Notes: generated by a model not told the origin, from the sequence alone. A stretch of 64,000 nucleotides of DNA from Rhodospirillaceae bacterium (GCA_041905525.1 JAYRKY010000010.1:36397-100396); one strand, 5' to 3'. Positions 1 through 9,061 are shown, counted from the first letter of the stretch. A program made the numbers and translations.

Positions 1-765
1 CCGTGTGTCGGCGCGGGCTTTCTCATGGAAGCAGGGTTCCCAGCCATTGGGGGTGGTAATGAACTTGGCGGGGTCGATCTGGGGAAAGGCGCGTAGATAG
101 GCAGCGCGCTTTCCGTCCGAAACAAAACTGACCACATCGGCGCGGGCGAGGCAGCGTTGTTCCTCGGCGCGGTCATAGGCTGAGACGCTGACGAAGTCCG
201 GCGTGTGGACGGTCCACTCGTCGCGATACTGAAGTAGCAGCTTCGCGCCAAAGGTCTCCGCCACGCGCCGCGCCGCCGCGAAATTCGCGAAACGCGGCCC
301 GGAGGCGATGACCACCGCCGGCGGATGATGACGCCATCGCCATGCCGCCGTGAGTGCCATGGCAAGGGCGGTCAGGAGGCCGCCGTCCAGGCTTGGAATT
401 CCCCAGGCCAAATGGAAGTGCTCGTAACGCTCGCTGGCAAGCAGACGCGGTACACGTGCGATCTGTACATCCGCCGGAATCACTTCCGCCAGCTCTTCCC
501 CCGCCGCGCCAGAGTGAAGCGGCGAGGGGCCGCACACGACGTGCATGCGAAGGCCGGCCTCCGCGGCGTGCCGGGCAATCGACGCGGGGAGATGGACCCC
601 CGTCGCGCTGCAGGGCGGGAATTCCCAGGTGACGAGGAGAGCGCGGTTAGGATCGCGAGGGCTGCGGGTAACTTTCACGATCGCGAGTGCAAAGCTGGCC
701 CAGGCCCAGAAGGCCAGCGCAAGAGGAGTCGACCACAGCTTTATCGCCACAGAGGAAAGATGCAT
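1..765 (-). CDS. glycosyltransferase, GT4-like N-terminal domain with N-terminal membrane helix; partial (3' end lies beyond nt 1)
   Basis: Not in the ORF track because it runs off the edge. Manual minus-strand translation from ATG at 765 (in-frame TGA just upstream) stays open to nt 1: MHLSSVAIKLWSTPLALAFWAWASFALAIV..LLVTWEFPPCSATGVHLPASIARHAAEAGLRMHVVCGP..ADVVSFVSDGKRAAYL..ITTPNGWEP. This is the usual layout of Glyco_trans_4-type N-domains. Confidence 0.55.
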   Translation of the reverse strand, partial: MHLSSVAIKLWSTPLALAFWAWASFALAIVKVTRSPRDPNRALLVTWEFPPCSATGVHLPASIARHAAEAGLRMHVVCGPSPLHSGAAGEELAEVIPADVQIARVPRLLASERYEHFHLAWGIPSLDGGLLTALAMALTAAWRWRHHPPAVVIASGPRFANFAAARRVAETFGAKLLLQYRDEWTVHTPDFVSVSAYDRAEEQRCLARADVVSFVSDGKRAAYLRAFPQIDPAKFITTPNGWEPCFHEKARADTR

Positions 766-995
766 GAAGCCTCGGTGCGGATCCGGCGCTCATCGCAGGC
801 CTCGGCTTAATCGTGCATCCGGTCCATTGTTCCCGCCGCGAATACTGGCTCCGCCGGGTATGCCCGCATCGCGCGCGCGGCGGACACGCCCGCTGCCTTG
901 GCGCGCGCATTTCCGCCGTCGGGCCGTTGCCGGCGGAACAAGACATTTCTCCACGCCGTTTCTCGCGCGAGGGTTATTCAAGGTTATAGACTCCT

Positions 996-1961
996 ATGCG
1001 TCTGCCCAGTTTCTCCATCACCATCGAGTGGGAAAACGCCCGCTTTGCCGAACTCATTCGCACCCGTCGGATGTTGCGCGAGCTCCGCGCACAACTCATC
1101 GAGCTTGAGCCGTACCTGGTCGCGCCGCCGGAAGTCCTCTTCCTCTATTCGCCCGAGAATGTGCCGGAGGAAGTGGTTCAGGACGTCATTGCTGAGGACT
1201 TCCACCCAAAGACCGTGCCCGCAGTTACACGGATCATTGCGACCGACAACCTGCGTTATTACGAACAGAAGAACTACGGCGCCCAGCATTCCGGCGGGGA
1301 CATAAAGGTCTTTCTCGACAGCGATGTCGTCCCTGAACGCGGGTGGCTCCGGGCGTTATTGTCGTCGTTCGAAAACCCCGACGTCGGCGTCGTCGGTGGG
1401 CAAACCTATCTTGAGTACCGGACGCTCTACACACGTGCTTTCGCGCTGTTCTGGGTTTGGCAACTACGGGATCCTGGCCACGGGCTCGTGCCGGCGGCCA
1501 AGTTTTTCGCCAATAATGTCGCGTTCCGATCCGAGGTTTTCGCCGCCCATCCGTTTCCGGATCTTCCCACCAATCGCGACCAATGCACGCGCTTGGCGCG
1601 GCAATTAATCTCCGCGAACGTCGGAGTATTTCTTCAAAAGGGCGCGCGCGTCTCGCATCCGCCGCCGCGCGGCATCTGGAACTTCATCAAGAAAGCGATC
1701 AACGACGGGCGCGACCAAGCGTTGATCCGGGCCGATGAGCGCCGAAACACCCCTATGTGGAAAGGGGTATGGTGGAATTTCGTGAACGGGCTGACGCGCT
1801 CACGCGCGCGCTTTCGCGCCGAATATCACCGCGTCGGACTGAATCCTATCACCGTGGAGCTCGCCTACAGCCTTGCGGTGATCTGGTACGCCCTTCGCGC
1901 GGTCGGCGAACTCCTCACGCTCGCGCGCCCCTCGCTGGTTCCGCGTCTCTTCCCGGTCTAG
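996..1961 (+). CDS. glycosyltransferase family 2 (GT-A fold)
   Basis: 321-aa ORF. SITIEWEN first strand and YGAQHSGGDIKVFLDSDVVPERGWL (DxD region) are GT2-like. Divergent from the GT4-like gene. Confidence 0.7.
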   Translation: MRLPSFSITIEWENARFAELIRTRRMLRELRAQLIELEPYLVAPPEVLFLYSPENVPEEVVQDVIAEDFHPKTVPAVTRIIATDNLRYYEQKNYGAQHSGGDIKVFLDSDVVPERGWLRALLSSFENPDVGVVGGQTYLEYRTLYTRAFALFWVWQLRDPGHGLVPAAKFFANNVAFRSEVFAAHPFPDLPTNRDQCTRLARQLISANVGVFLQKGARVSHPPPRGIWNFIKKAINDGRDQALIRADERRNTPMWKGVWWNFVNGLTRSRARFRAEYHRVGLNPITVELAYSLAVIWYALRAVGELLTLARPSLVPRLFPV

Positions 1962-1971
1962 GAAAACGTCA

Positions 1972-3669
1972 TTAAGGCATGTTCGGCGGCGGCTGGCGCT
2001 TCTTCGTCGCCTGCTCGAACGCGTAGGCGATCTCGATTAGGCGTGGCTCGGAGCATGCCAGACCCTGGAACATGACGCCCATCGGCATGGGTTTAGGATC
2101 GAAGCCTTCGGGCAGGGCAGGGCCGGGGTTGGCCACCATCGCGAACGGCACCGTGATCGCTGGATACCCCACGCGGTCACCGATGCTGGCGCCGCGGCTG
2201 CCCATGTAGATCAGCGCGTCAAGCTCATTGTTCTTTATCGCGGCATCGATCCCGTTCGTGCCGCCGATGTCCAGGGCGCGCTTCTGATCTAACTCATACT
2301 TGGCTTTGCTCTTCTCGAGGTCGGTGTCGCGCGCATCGACGAGCGCGTCGATCCCGTATTTCATCGTGCCGAGGTCCTTATTTGCCTCCTGCCACGCGAT
2401 GAACTCGCCGATGTTCTTCCACGGGGCCTTGCCGTTCTGCGCGCCCAGCCAGATGTCGAAGTCGCGGTGCATGCCATAATTCATGATCGACATGCAGGTC
2501 GGCGTCTCCTCGCGGTCACATTCCCCCGCCAGCAGCGCGTTGCGCATCGGGTCCTTCTCGCTGGCGCTCGGCAGATCGGCGGGGTCCACGATCTCGGCGC
2601 CGGCTTGCTTCAACACTGCGATGGCCTCATCGAAGGCCTTGCGTTGGTCCTCCGGCATCCCGCCGCGCGGTGTCTTTTCGCCCGGCGGCATGACCTCGAC
2701 GCCGTACCCTAACCGCGGGACCCCGATGCGCGCGCCCTTCAGTGCGTCCGCTTTCAGATGCGGCGTGTAGTCGTTATTGGCCGGAGGCGTGCACTTGCTG
2801 GTGGCGCGATCGTTGGGATCCGGCTGGTTGCCCTCCAGAACGCCCAGCATGATCGCGACGTCCGCGACGCTTTTGGCCATGGGCCCCGCTGTATCCTGAT
2901 CCATCGTAATGGGAATGATGCCCCAGCGGCTGATGCGCCCAATGGTCGGTTTGATCGCCGCCAGCATGTTCTGGTTCGATGGCCCCAGGATCGAGCCCCC
3001 GGTCTCCGTGCCTACATTGCCCGCCCAGAAATTCGCGGTGGTACCCGTGCCAGACGACGACCCGCCCGTGTTCATCACACCGCGGCCGTCGTTTTGGCCG
3101 GGCCGCGGGTCGCGCCGTGGATCATAAGGGTTAAATGAGAAGCCAGAGATTGAGCTGTAGGTGCCGGGCGCGCCCTGGCCGAAGTAACCAGCAAATTCGC
3201 TTAACGTGGTTTTCGCCAGAATGATCGCGCCGCCGTCTTTCAGGTTCTTGGTGAGCGGCGCATCCCACGGCGCCATGTAGCCGGCCAGTCCGATATTGCC
3301 GCCCGTGGTCGGCATCTCGGTGTCCTGGATGTTGTCCTTCAGCGCGACGGGAATGCCATGCAGCGGGCCGCGGATCTTGCCGGCCTTGCGCTCGGCATCC
3401 AACGCGCGCGCTTGCTCCAATGCCTTGGGGTTTACCGCGATGGCGGCGTTGATGACGTTCTCGTAGGTCGCGATACGCACGAGATACTGCTTCACCAATT
3501 CCTCCGAGGTGACGCGCCCGTCCTGCAGCGCCTTTTGCATCTCGGGGATCGTGGCCTCCACCACGTTGAAGGGCGCCATGGCCTCCTTCGGCGGCGCGGT
3601 TTTCTCGCATGCGCTCAGGGTCAGGGCCGCGGCGGTCAGCAGTGTGGTGGCGCACAAACGATTCTTCAT
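1972..3669 (-). CDS. amidase-signature (AS) family amidase, predicted lipoprotein
   Basis: ORF 1972-3708. Preferred start is ATG 3669 (MKNRL..), with GGAGG a few nt upstream. Lipobox LTLSAC. AS motifs GIPVALKDNI and GGSSSGTG. Confidence 0.85.
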   Translation of the reverse strand: MKNRLCATTLLTAAALTLSACEKTAPPKEAMAPFNVVEATIPEMQKALQDGRVTSEELVKQYLVRIATYENVINAAIAVNPKALEQARALDAERKAGKIRGPLHGIPVALKDNIQDTEMPTTGGNIGLAGYMAPWDAPLTKNLKDGGAIILAKTTLSEFAGYFGQGAPGTYSSISGFSFNPYDPRRDPRPGQNDGRGVMNTGGSSSGTGTTANFWAGNVGTETGGSILGPSNQNMLAAIKPTIGRISRWGIIPITMDQDTAGPMAKSVADVAIMLGVLEGNQPDPNDRATSKCTPPANNDYTPHLKADALKGARIGVPRLGYGVEVMPPGEKTPRGGMPEDQRKAFDEAIAVLKQAGAEIVDPADLPSASEKDPMRNALLAGECDREETPTCMSIMNYGMHRDFDIWLGAQNGKAPWKNIGEFIAWQEANKDLGTMKYGIDALVDARDTDLEKSKAKYELDQKRALDIGGTNGIDAAIKNNELDALIYMGSRGASIGDRVGYPAITVPFAMVANPGPALPEGFDPKPMPMGVMFQGLACSEPRLIEIAYAFEQATKKRQPPPNMP

Positions 3670-3719
3670 GAAACATCCTCCCCAATGAAGTCCGCAGTAT
3701 GCGCGCATCCGTCGGCGAT

Positions 3720-3757
3720 AAAAAAGGCCGGATCTTGCGATCCGGCCTTCCTTATTT
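3720..3757 (-). terminator. rho-independent terminator between the two amidase genes
   Basis: AAGGCCGGATC-ttgc-GATCCGGCCTT hairpin (3724-3749), followed on the minus strand by TTTTTTAT. Lies just downstream of the stop of the 3771-5477 gene. Confidence 0.7.
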
Positions 3758-3770
3758 TCGCGTGCGCCGT

Positions 3771-5477
3771 TTATGGCATGTTCGGCGGCGGCTGACGCTT
3801 CTTAGTCTGCTGCTCGAACGCGTATGCGAGTTCGATCAGGCGCGGCTCGCTGCAGGCCATGCCGGTGAAGGAGATGCCCATGGGCATCGGCAGCGGATTG
3901 AATCCTTCCGGATAGGCCGGCGTCGGTGGGTTGGCCACCATCGCGAACGGCACAATCACCGTCGGATAGCCGGGCTTCGCCGCCACCGCGGCGCCACGCG
4001 CTCCCGCGAACAGCAAGGCGTCGAGCTTGTTGTCCGTCATCACGGCGTCGATGCCTTGGGTGCCGTTCAGCTCGATGTCGCGCTTGCGGTCGGCCTCGTA
4101 CTTCGCCTTGTTCTTTTCCAGATCGTTGGCGAGCGCGCCCAGCAGCGCCGATTGTGTGTACTTCAGCGTGCCGAGATTTTTGTTGGCCTCGTTCCAGGCC
4201 ACCAGTTCGTCCAAGGTCTTGAACGGCGCCTTGCCGTTCTGCGCCGCCAGCCATGCATTGAAGTCGCGGTGCATGCCATAGGCCAGCACCGACGAGCAGG
4301 CCGTGCTGGCTTCGCTGCCGGGCCGGTCGCAGCCCCCGATCGATAGCGGATTGGTCTGCGGGTCCGTGGACTTGTAGCTGGGGAAGTCGGCAGGATCGAC
4401 GATCTCGGCGCCGGCTTGCTTCAGGATCGCGATGGCGTTCTCGAAGGCCTTCATCTGGTCTTCCGGCACTTCGCCGCGGGGCTCTTTCAGGCCTGGCGGC
4501 GTCACGACGACACCGTATCCGATCCTCGGCACGCCGATGCGCGCGCCCTTCAGAGCGTCTGCCTTCAGGTGCGGTGTATAGTCGTTGTTCGCGGGCGGCG
4601 TGCAGCGCGTGGTCGCCGCATCGTTCGGATCCGGCTGCCTGCCTTCCAGCACGCCGAACATGATCGCCACGTCCGTCACGCTTTTGCCCATCGGGCCCGC
4701 TGTATCCTGGTCCGCGGTAATCGGGATCACGCCGTGGCGGCTGATGCGTCCTACGGTGGGTTTGATACCGGCGAGCATGTTTTGGTTCGACGGCGACAGG
4801 ATGGAGCCCGAGGTTTCCGTGCCGACGTTCACCGCCCAGAAATTCGCGGCCGTGCCGGCGCCCGAGCTTGAGCCGCCCGTACCCATTACGGGGCGTCCGT
4901 CGTTCTGTCCCGCGCGCAGGTCGCGGCGCGGGTCGTACGGATTGAACGAGTAGCCCGAGATCGAACTGTAGTTGCCAGGCATCCCATTGCCGAAATAGTT
5001 CGCGAGTTCCGTCATCGTGGTCTTGGCAATGATAATCGCGCCGCCATCCTTCAGGTTTTTCGCGAGCGGTGCGTCCCAGGGCGCCATGAAGCCCGCCAAC
5101 CCGATCGTGCCGCCAGTGGTGGGCATATCGACAGTCTGAATGTTGTCCTTCAGCGCGACGGGAATACCGTGCAGCGGCCCACGGATCTTTCCTGCCTTGC
5201 GCTCTTCATCCAGCGCACGTGCCTCGGCCAGCGCATTTGGATTCACCGCGATGGTGGCGTTGATCGCATTCTCATAGGTGGCGATGCGGATCAAATACTG
5301 GCGCACCAGTTCCTCGGCCGTGACCCGGCCTTCCTTCATCGCCTTCTGCATATCCGGGATGGAGGCTTCCACCACATTGAAATCGACCTTCGCCGCAGGA
5401 GGCGCGGCTTTGTCGCAGGACGTCAGCACTAGCGCGGCGGCCGTTAGAAGCGTTGTCGCGAACAATTTGTGTTTCAT
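3771..5477 (-). CDS. amidase-signature family amidase, predicted lipoprotein (tandem paralogue)
   Basis: 568-aa ORF. Lipobox LVLTSC. Same AS motifs (GIPVALKDNI, GGSSSGAG). Long blocks identical to the neighbouring amidase, including the C-terminus AYAFEQ.TKKRQPPPNMP. Confidence 0.85.
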   Translation of the reverse strand: MKHKLFATTLLTAAALVLTSCDKAAPPAAKVDFNVVEASIPDMQKAMKEGRVTAEELVRQYLIRIATYENAINATIAVNPNALAEARALDEERKAGKIRGPLHGIPVALKDNIQTVDMPTTGGTIGLAGFMAPWDAPLAKNLKDGGAIIIAKTTMTELANYFGNGMPGNYSSISGYSFNPYDPRRDLRAGQNDGRPVMGTGGSSSGAGTAANFWAVNVGTETSGSILSPSNQNMLAGIKPTVGRISRHGVIPITADQDTAGPMGKSVTDVAIMFGVLEGRQPDPNDAATTRCTPPANNDYTPHLKADALKGARIGVPRIGYGVVVTPPGLKEPRGEVPEDQMKAFENAIAILKQAGAEIVDPADFPSYKSTDPQTNPLSIGGCDRPGSEASTACSSVLAYGMHRDFNAWLAAQNGKAPFKTLDELVAWNEANKNLGTLKYTQSALLGALANDLEKNKAKYEADRKRDIELNGTQGIDAVMTDNKLDALLFAGARGAAVAAKPGYPTVIVPFAMVANPPTPAYPEGFNPLPMPMGISFTGMACSEPRLIELAYAFEQQTKKRQPPPNMP

Positions 5478-5613
5478 GATCCCCTATTCCTACTCCCCCC
5501 GGTGAAGCGCACCCTCCGCGTGTCTACTATGGCCCCTCGCGCCCGCGGGCCGCCATGGTAATTTTGGGTGTGTCCCCGTCTCAGAGCGCCTCTCTATATT
5601 AAGGAGTCCCCCA

Positions 5614-6078
5614 ATGGACGCCGTGTTGCTCGACGCCATCCTCGCCTACCTCCATCACCTCGGAATCGGTCTTCTGATCGTCTTCCTCGCCATGGAAACC
5701 GCCTTGGTCCGCCAGCCCATGACGGCGGCGTTGATCGCCCGGCTCGCTCGGATCGACGGCGGCACCGGGTTCGGCGCCGCGCTGGTTCTCTTCGCCGGCG
5801 CGGGCCGGGTGATCTACGGTCTGAAGGGAACGGAGTTCTACGTCGCCAATCATATCTTCTGGACCAAGATGACCATGTTTGCTCTGGCGGCGCTGGCATC
5901 CATCCCGGTGACCCTTGCAATTCTCAAATGGCGCAGGGCCGTCCTCGCCGACGCCGGCTATCAGCCGGACGCCAAGACCCTCCGACGCGTTCAGCGCCAC
6001 ATCATGATGGAGTGGGGGATCATTCTGGTGATTCCGCTGGCGGCTGTGCTGATGGCACGCGGGTTCGGAATGCGATAG
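5614..6078 (+). CDS. small integral membrane protein (about 4 TM helices), DUF2214-like
   Basis: 154-aa ORF with AAGGAG RBS upstream. Hydrophobic helices LHHLGIGLLIVFLAM, GAALVLFAGAG, MTMFALAALASIPV, WGIILVIPLAAVLMA. The family name is from memory only. Confidence 0.6.
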   Translation: MDAVLLDAILAYLHHLGIGLLIVFLAMETALVRQPMTAALIARLARIDGGTGFGAALVLFAGAGRVIYGLKGTEFYVANHIFWTKMTMFALAALASIPVTLAILKWRRAVLADAGYQPDAKTLRRVQRHIMMEWGIILVIPLAAVLMARGFGMR

Positions 6079-6126
6079 GCGCCCGCGCCTTCATGGCGTC
6101 GTTGCCTGAGGGAAGCCATCCGGAAG

Positions 6127-6291
6127 CTAGTCGCGGTCCGTCTCGGCCTGGGCGCTTTCCAACTCGGTCAGGTGCGCCTTCATATCCTCGATCAGCGTCT
6201 GCAACTCTTCCTGAACACCGGGATGACAGCTCGCAGCCGTACCTTCAAGGCGCTCCAATTCCACTTTCAGCCGCTCGATGCGTATGCTCAT
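6127..6291 (-). CDS. small coiled-coil hypothetical protein
   Basis: ORF 6127-6333. Internal ATG 6291 (MSIRIERLKVELERLEG..) has GAGGA upstream. Heptad-like charged sequence; no family recognised. Confidence 0.35.
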   Translation of the reverse strand: MSIRIERLKVELERLEGTAASCHPGVQEELQTLIEDMKAHLTELESAQAETDRD

Positions 6292-6607
6292 TGGAATCCT
6301 CGCTGCCGGTTCGGTCTCGGCGTTCCTCGTCATGTCTGAAAGGCCCCCGCATCGCGCGTCCGAAGAAGGCGGCGTTCAGCGATCGTCTGGGAGCTGTTAC
6401 AGCTAGGGGTCGCGGACATACAGCTCGTCGTCCCTAAGGCGTTCTATAGCGCAGATCGTGTGGCGGAGCCCCGAAATTCGCTTACTCATTTTTATGATGC
6501 GCGCGGCGCGTGCGGCGACGCGAAATGCACTCGCAATGAGATGCGCTCGCGTGCGTAGCGCTCTATATGTACGTTGGAGTCCACAACCGCCACAAAGAAT
6601 GTGTGTC

Positions 6608-7597
6608 ATGACGAAACCCGCCGCCGTGCTTGTCGGCCACCTCGATTACTTCTTTGCCCCGGTCCGCGAGGCATTGGAAGCCAAGGGGCATGCGTTCATC
6701 CACTTCAAGACGCCGGCGGAGTTCCTCGCCCATCCCGAGGCGCTGAACGACGCCGCGGTCATCCTCGCCCATGGCTTTGTGCCGGTCTCCGCCGAGACCC
6801 TCTCGCGCGCACCGCGCCTTAAGGCGGTCATCTCCACCTGGATGGGCGCCGAGGGCTTTGATGAGAACGCGGCGACCGCGCGCGGCATTGTTATCGGTAA
6901 CGGAGCGATCCCGGAGAATGCCGAAAGCATGGCTGAGGCGACGGTGCTGATGCTGCTCTCCTGCCTTTACGATGCGAACGCGACCCAGCAACGTTTCCGT
7001 GACCACATCTGGGGTCAGCCGCTGCTGACGGCGCGCATGCTGAAAGGCAAGACGGTTGGACTATTCGGCTACGGGGCCATCGCGCGCGGCATCGTACAGC
7101 GCCTTACCGGTTGGGGCGTCAGTTTCCTTGCCACGACCCGGCATCCCCCGGTCGAGCCGGGGCCTGTCCGTTTTGTCGCCCTGGATGAGATGCTGCCCGC
7201 GGCTGATATCCTCTGCATTCTCGCGCCGCTGACCGACGCGACCCGTGGCCTCTTCAATGCCGAAAAGCTCGCGCGCATGAAGCGCGGCTCCATCCTCATC
7301 TGCACCTCACGCGGTGGGATCGTCGATGAAGCTGCGCTTTATACTCTAGCCAAGGACGGACATTTCGCATCCCTGGGCCTCGATGTCTTTCAGACGGAAC
7401 CCCTCGAGAAGGACAGCCCGCTCCGCGCGCTTCCCAATGCCTTCCTGACGCCGCACGGCATCGGGCATACGCAAGAGGCGCGCAAGCGGTTGATCGAAGT
7501 AGGGGTCGAGAATGTCATGCGGGTGCTCGCGAACAAGCCGCCGCTATATGTGTGCAATCCGGACGTTCTTCCGAGGTGGCGCGGCCGCATTGCATGA
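6608..7597 (+). CDS. D-isomer-specific 2-hydroxyacid dehydrogenase family, NAD-binding
   Basis: ORF 6458-7597; start re-picked at MTKPAAVLVGH. GLFGYGAIARG Rossmann motif. ICTSRGGIVDE and TPHGIGHT catalytic-region motifs. Confidence 0.85.
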   Translation: MTKPAAVLVGHLDYFFAPVREALEAKGHAFIHFKTPAEFLAHPEALNDAAVILAHGFVPVSAETLSRAPRLKAVISTWMGAEGFDENAATARGIVIGNGAIPENAESMAEATVLMLLSCLYDANATQQRFRDHIWGQPLLTARMLKGKTVGLFGYGAIARGIVQRLTGWGVSFLATTRHPPVEPGPVRFVALDEMLPAADILCILAPLTDATRGLFNAEKLARMKRGSILICTSRGGIVDEAALYTLAKDGHFASLGLDVFQTEPLEKDSPLRALPNAFLTPHGIGHTQEARKRLIEVGVENVMRVLANKPPLYVCNPDVLPRWRGRIA

Positions 7598-7751
7598 GCA
7601 GCGGGCGCACTGCAAACGTGAAAGAACAGATTGCGACCTTCAACCGTCGATACCGATAACAATTTGCCATCGAAACCAATGCCTGCGGAATGTTTGAAAA
7701 GCGCCCGGTAAGGGCGTATGACGCCGAAGACGTTCTTTTTTATTCGGCCCC

Positions 7752-8336
7752 ATGTCCAACTTCGTCAACGGCAGAACCAGCGACTATCTCAGTCCTTTCC
7801 GGATTCTGCTGGTTGAGCCGAACCCGCTGATGCGCAAGGTCACGCGCGATATCCTGTTCCTTTTGGGGAGCCGGAAAGTTCTCGACGTTGCCGACATTCA
7901 CACCGCGGCGTCGTACGTCAACCAGGGCAATGTCGATATCGTCCTGTCGGAGTGGTATCTCCACGACGCCTGCGGTGTCGACCTGGTGCGCTGGATCCGC
8001 AAAGAGCCTAACGACATCCGCTTCACGCCGATCATCATGGTCACGTCGCAGACGCGCGTGCAGAACATCGTGGTCGCGCGCAACAGCGGCATCACCGAAT
8101 TTGTCGCCAAGCCGTTCACCGCGCGCTCCCTGGTCTCGCGCATCCGCGAGGTCGTCGAGCGCCCACGGCCGTTTGTCGCGGTCGGTAAGTACTTCGGCCC
8201 CGACCGCCGCCGCCGTGCCGGTGAGATCGAAAAGAACCGTGACCGCCGCTCCGCCTCCAGCCTGCTCATCAACGGATATGATTTGAGTCAAACCGACATC
8301 GACGCCATGATCTCCGGCGGTCGCCGCCCGCGTTGA
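7752..8336 (+). CDS. atypical single-domain response regulator (Glu at phospho-acceptor position) with Arg-rich C-terminal tail
   Basis: CheY-like receiver ILLVEPNP..DIVLSEWYL..IIMVTS..VAKPF. Thr and Lys are conserved, the acidic pair is EP and the acceptor Asp is Glu. Tail is YFGPDRRRRAGEIEKNRDRR. Confidence 0.85.
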   Translation: MSNFVNGRTSDYLSPFRILLVEPNPLMRKVTRDILFLLGSRKVLDVADIHTAASYVNQGNVDIVLSEWYLHDACGVDLVRWIRKEPNDIRFTPIIMVTSQTRVQNIVVARNSGITEFVAKPFTARSLVSRIREVVERPRPFVAVGKYFGPDRRRRAGEIEKNRDRRSASSLLINGYDLSQTDIDAMISGGRRPR

Positions 8337-8364
8337 TCCCGGCGCCCCGCGCCGGAGCTGAACC

Positions 8365-8922
8365 ATGAACATCGCGAAGCGACTCGTTCGCTGGACGGCC
8401 CTCTGTGGCATCATACTTTTTAGCCCGTTTCTTTCGGCCCCTGTGCACGCCGCCTCCACGCCGCCGCCCCCGCCGTTCAAGAAAAGCTTTCCGGAGGCGC
8501 AAGGGTGGGCCTTTGCGTGCTTCTGCGGCGAGGTGACCTGCCCCGAGATCGATCCGATCACCGACTACTGCGTTGTCTATAACGCCCGGAAGCTGCGCTC
8601 CGGCGCGCGCGCTGTGATCTTCGCGCTCAAAAACATGGTGACGGGACGCGAGCCGAAATTCGTTGTCGGCTTCGGCCTCGAAGGCTCGAAAGGCGCGACG
8701 CGCGGCCAAGCGCTCACGGACGCGGGAACTGTCGATCTGCCGGTCTGTTCTGAACCCTATTGCTACTCACCCGCGACAGTCGATCAGGTCTCCGCGCTCG
8801 CGGCCGGCGCCAAGCTGGAAGGCCGCGCGTTCTTCGGCGGCTCGTCGTTCGGCACGGCCTATGACCCCGCCGCTGCGCGAGATCTCCTACAGAAATTGAT
8901 CACTCTGCCGCAGCACAATTGA
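8365..8922 (+). CDS. exported Cys-containing protein, possibly IalB-like
   Basis: 185-aa ORF starting 28 nt after the receiver gene. Signal peptide ..LFSPFLSAPVHAAS and a PPPPP linker. Cys pairs WAFACFCGEVTC and LPVCSEPYC. IalB resemblance is weak and from memory. Confidence 0.6.
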   Translation: MNIAKRLVRWTALCGIILFSPFLSAPVHAASTPPPPPFKKSFPEAQGWAFACFCGEVTCPEIDPITDYCVVYNARKLRSGARAVIFALKNMVTGREPKFVVGFGLEGSKGATRGQALTDAGTVDLPVCSEPYCYSPATVDQVSALAAGAKLEGRAFFGGSSFGTAYDPAAARDLLQKLITLPQHN

Positions 8923-9033
8923 GGTTCGGCGTGGACAAATCGTCCGAAGCGGCTGACCCCGTATCGTCTGGCACAATTACCTAAATGACCCGTGGGGAGG
9001 AAGGCACACCTTCCACCTTGACGTACGTCAAAT

Positions 9034-9061
9034 ATATTCATATATATGAAGATATGAATAT
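9034..9061 (+). promoter_or_regulatory. AT-rich palindromic operator candidate for the BigR/SqrR-type repressor
   Basis: ATATTCATAT (9034-9043) and ATATGAATAT (9052-9061) are inverted repeats. The nested perfect 14-bp palindrome TTCATATATATGAA is at 9037-9050. The site overlaps the start codon region of the ArsR-family gene. Confidence 0.6.

Noticed and set aside
5568-6437. 289-aa Arg/Pro-rich ORF overlapping the DUF2214-like membrane gene and the small coiled-coil gene.
   Set aside because: Its composition looks non-protein-like (runs of R, P, S, G). The alternative frame at 5614-6078 has an AAGGAG RBS and clean TM helices.
8969-8974. Additional TGGCAC hexamers (8969-8974, 28945-28950, 45962-45967) considered as sigma-54 promoters.
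   Set aside because: None has TTGC or GC at the required 12-nt GG-to-GC spacing, and one lies inside the alr coding sequence.
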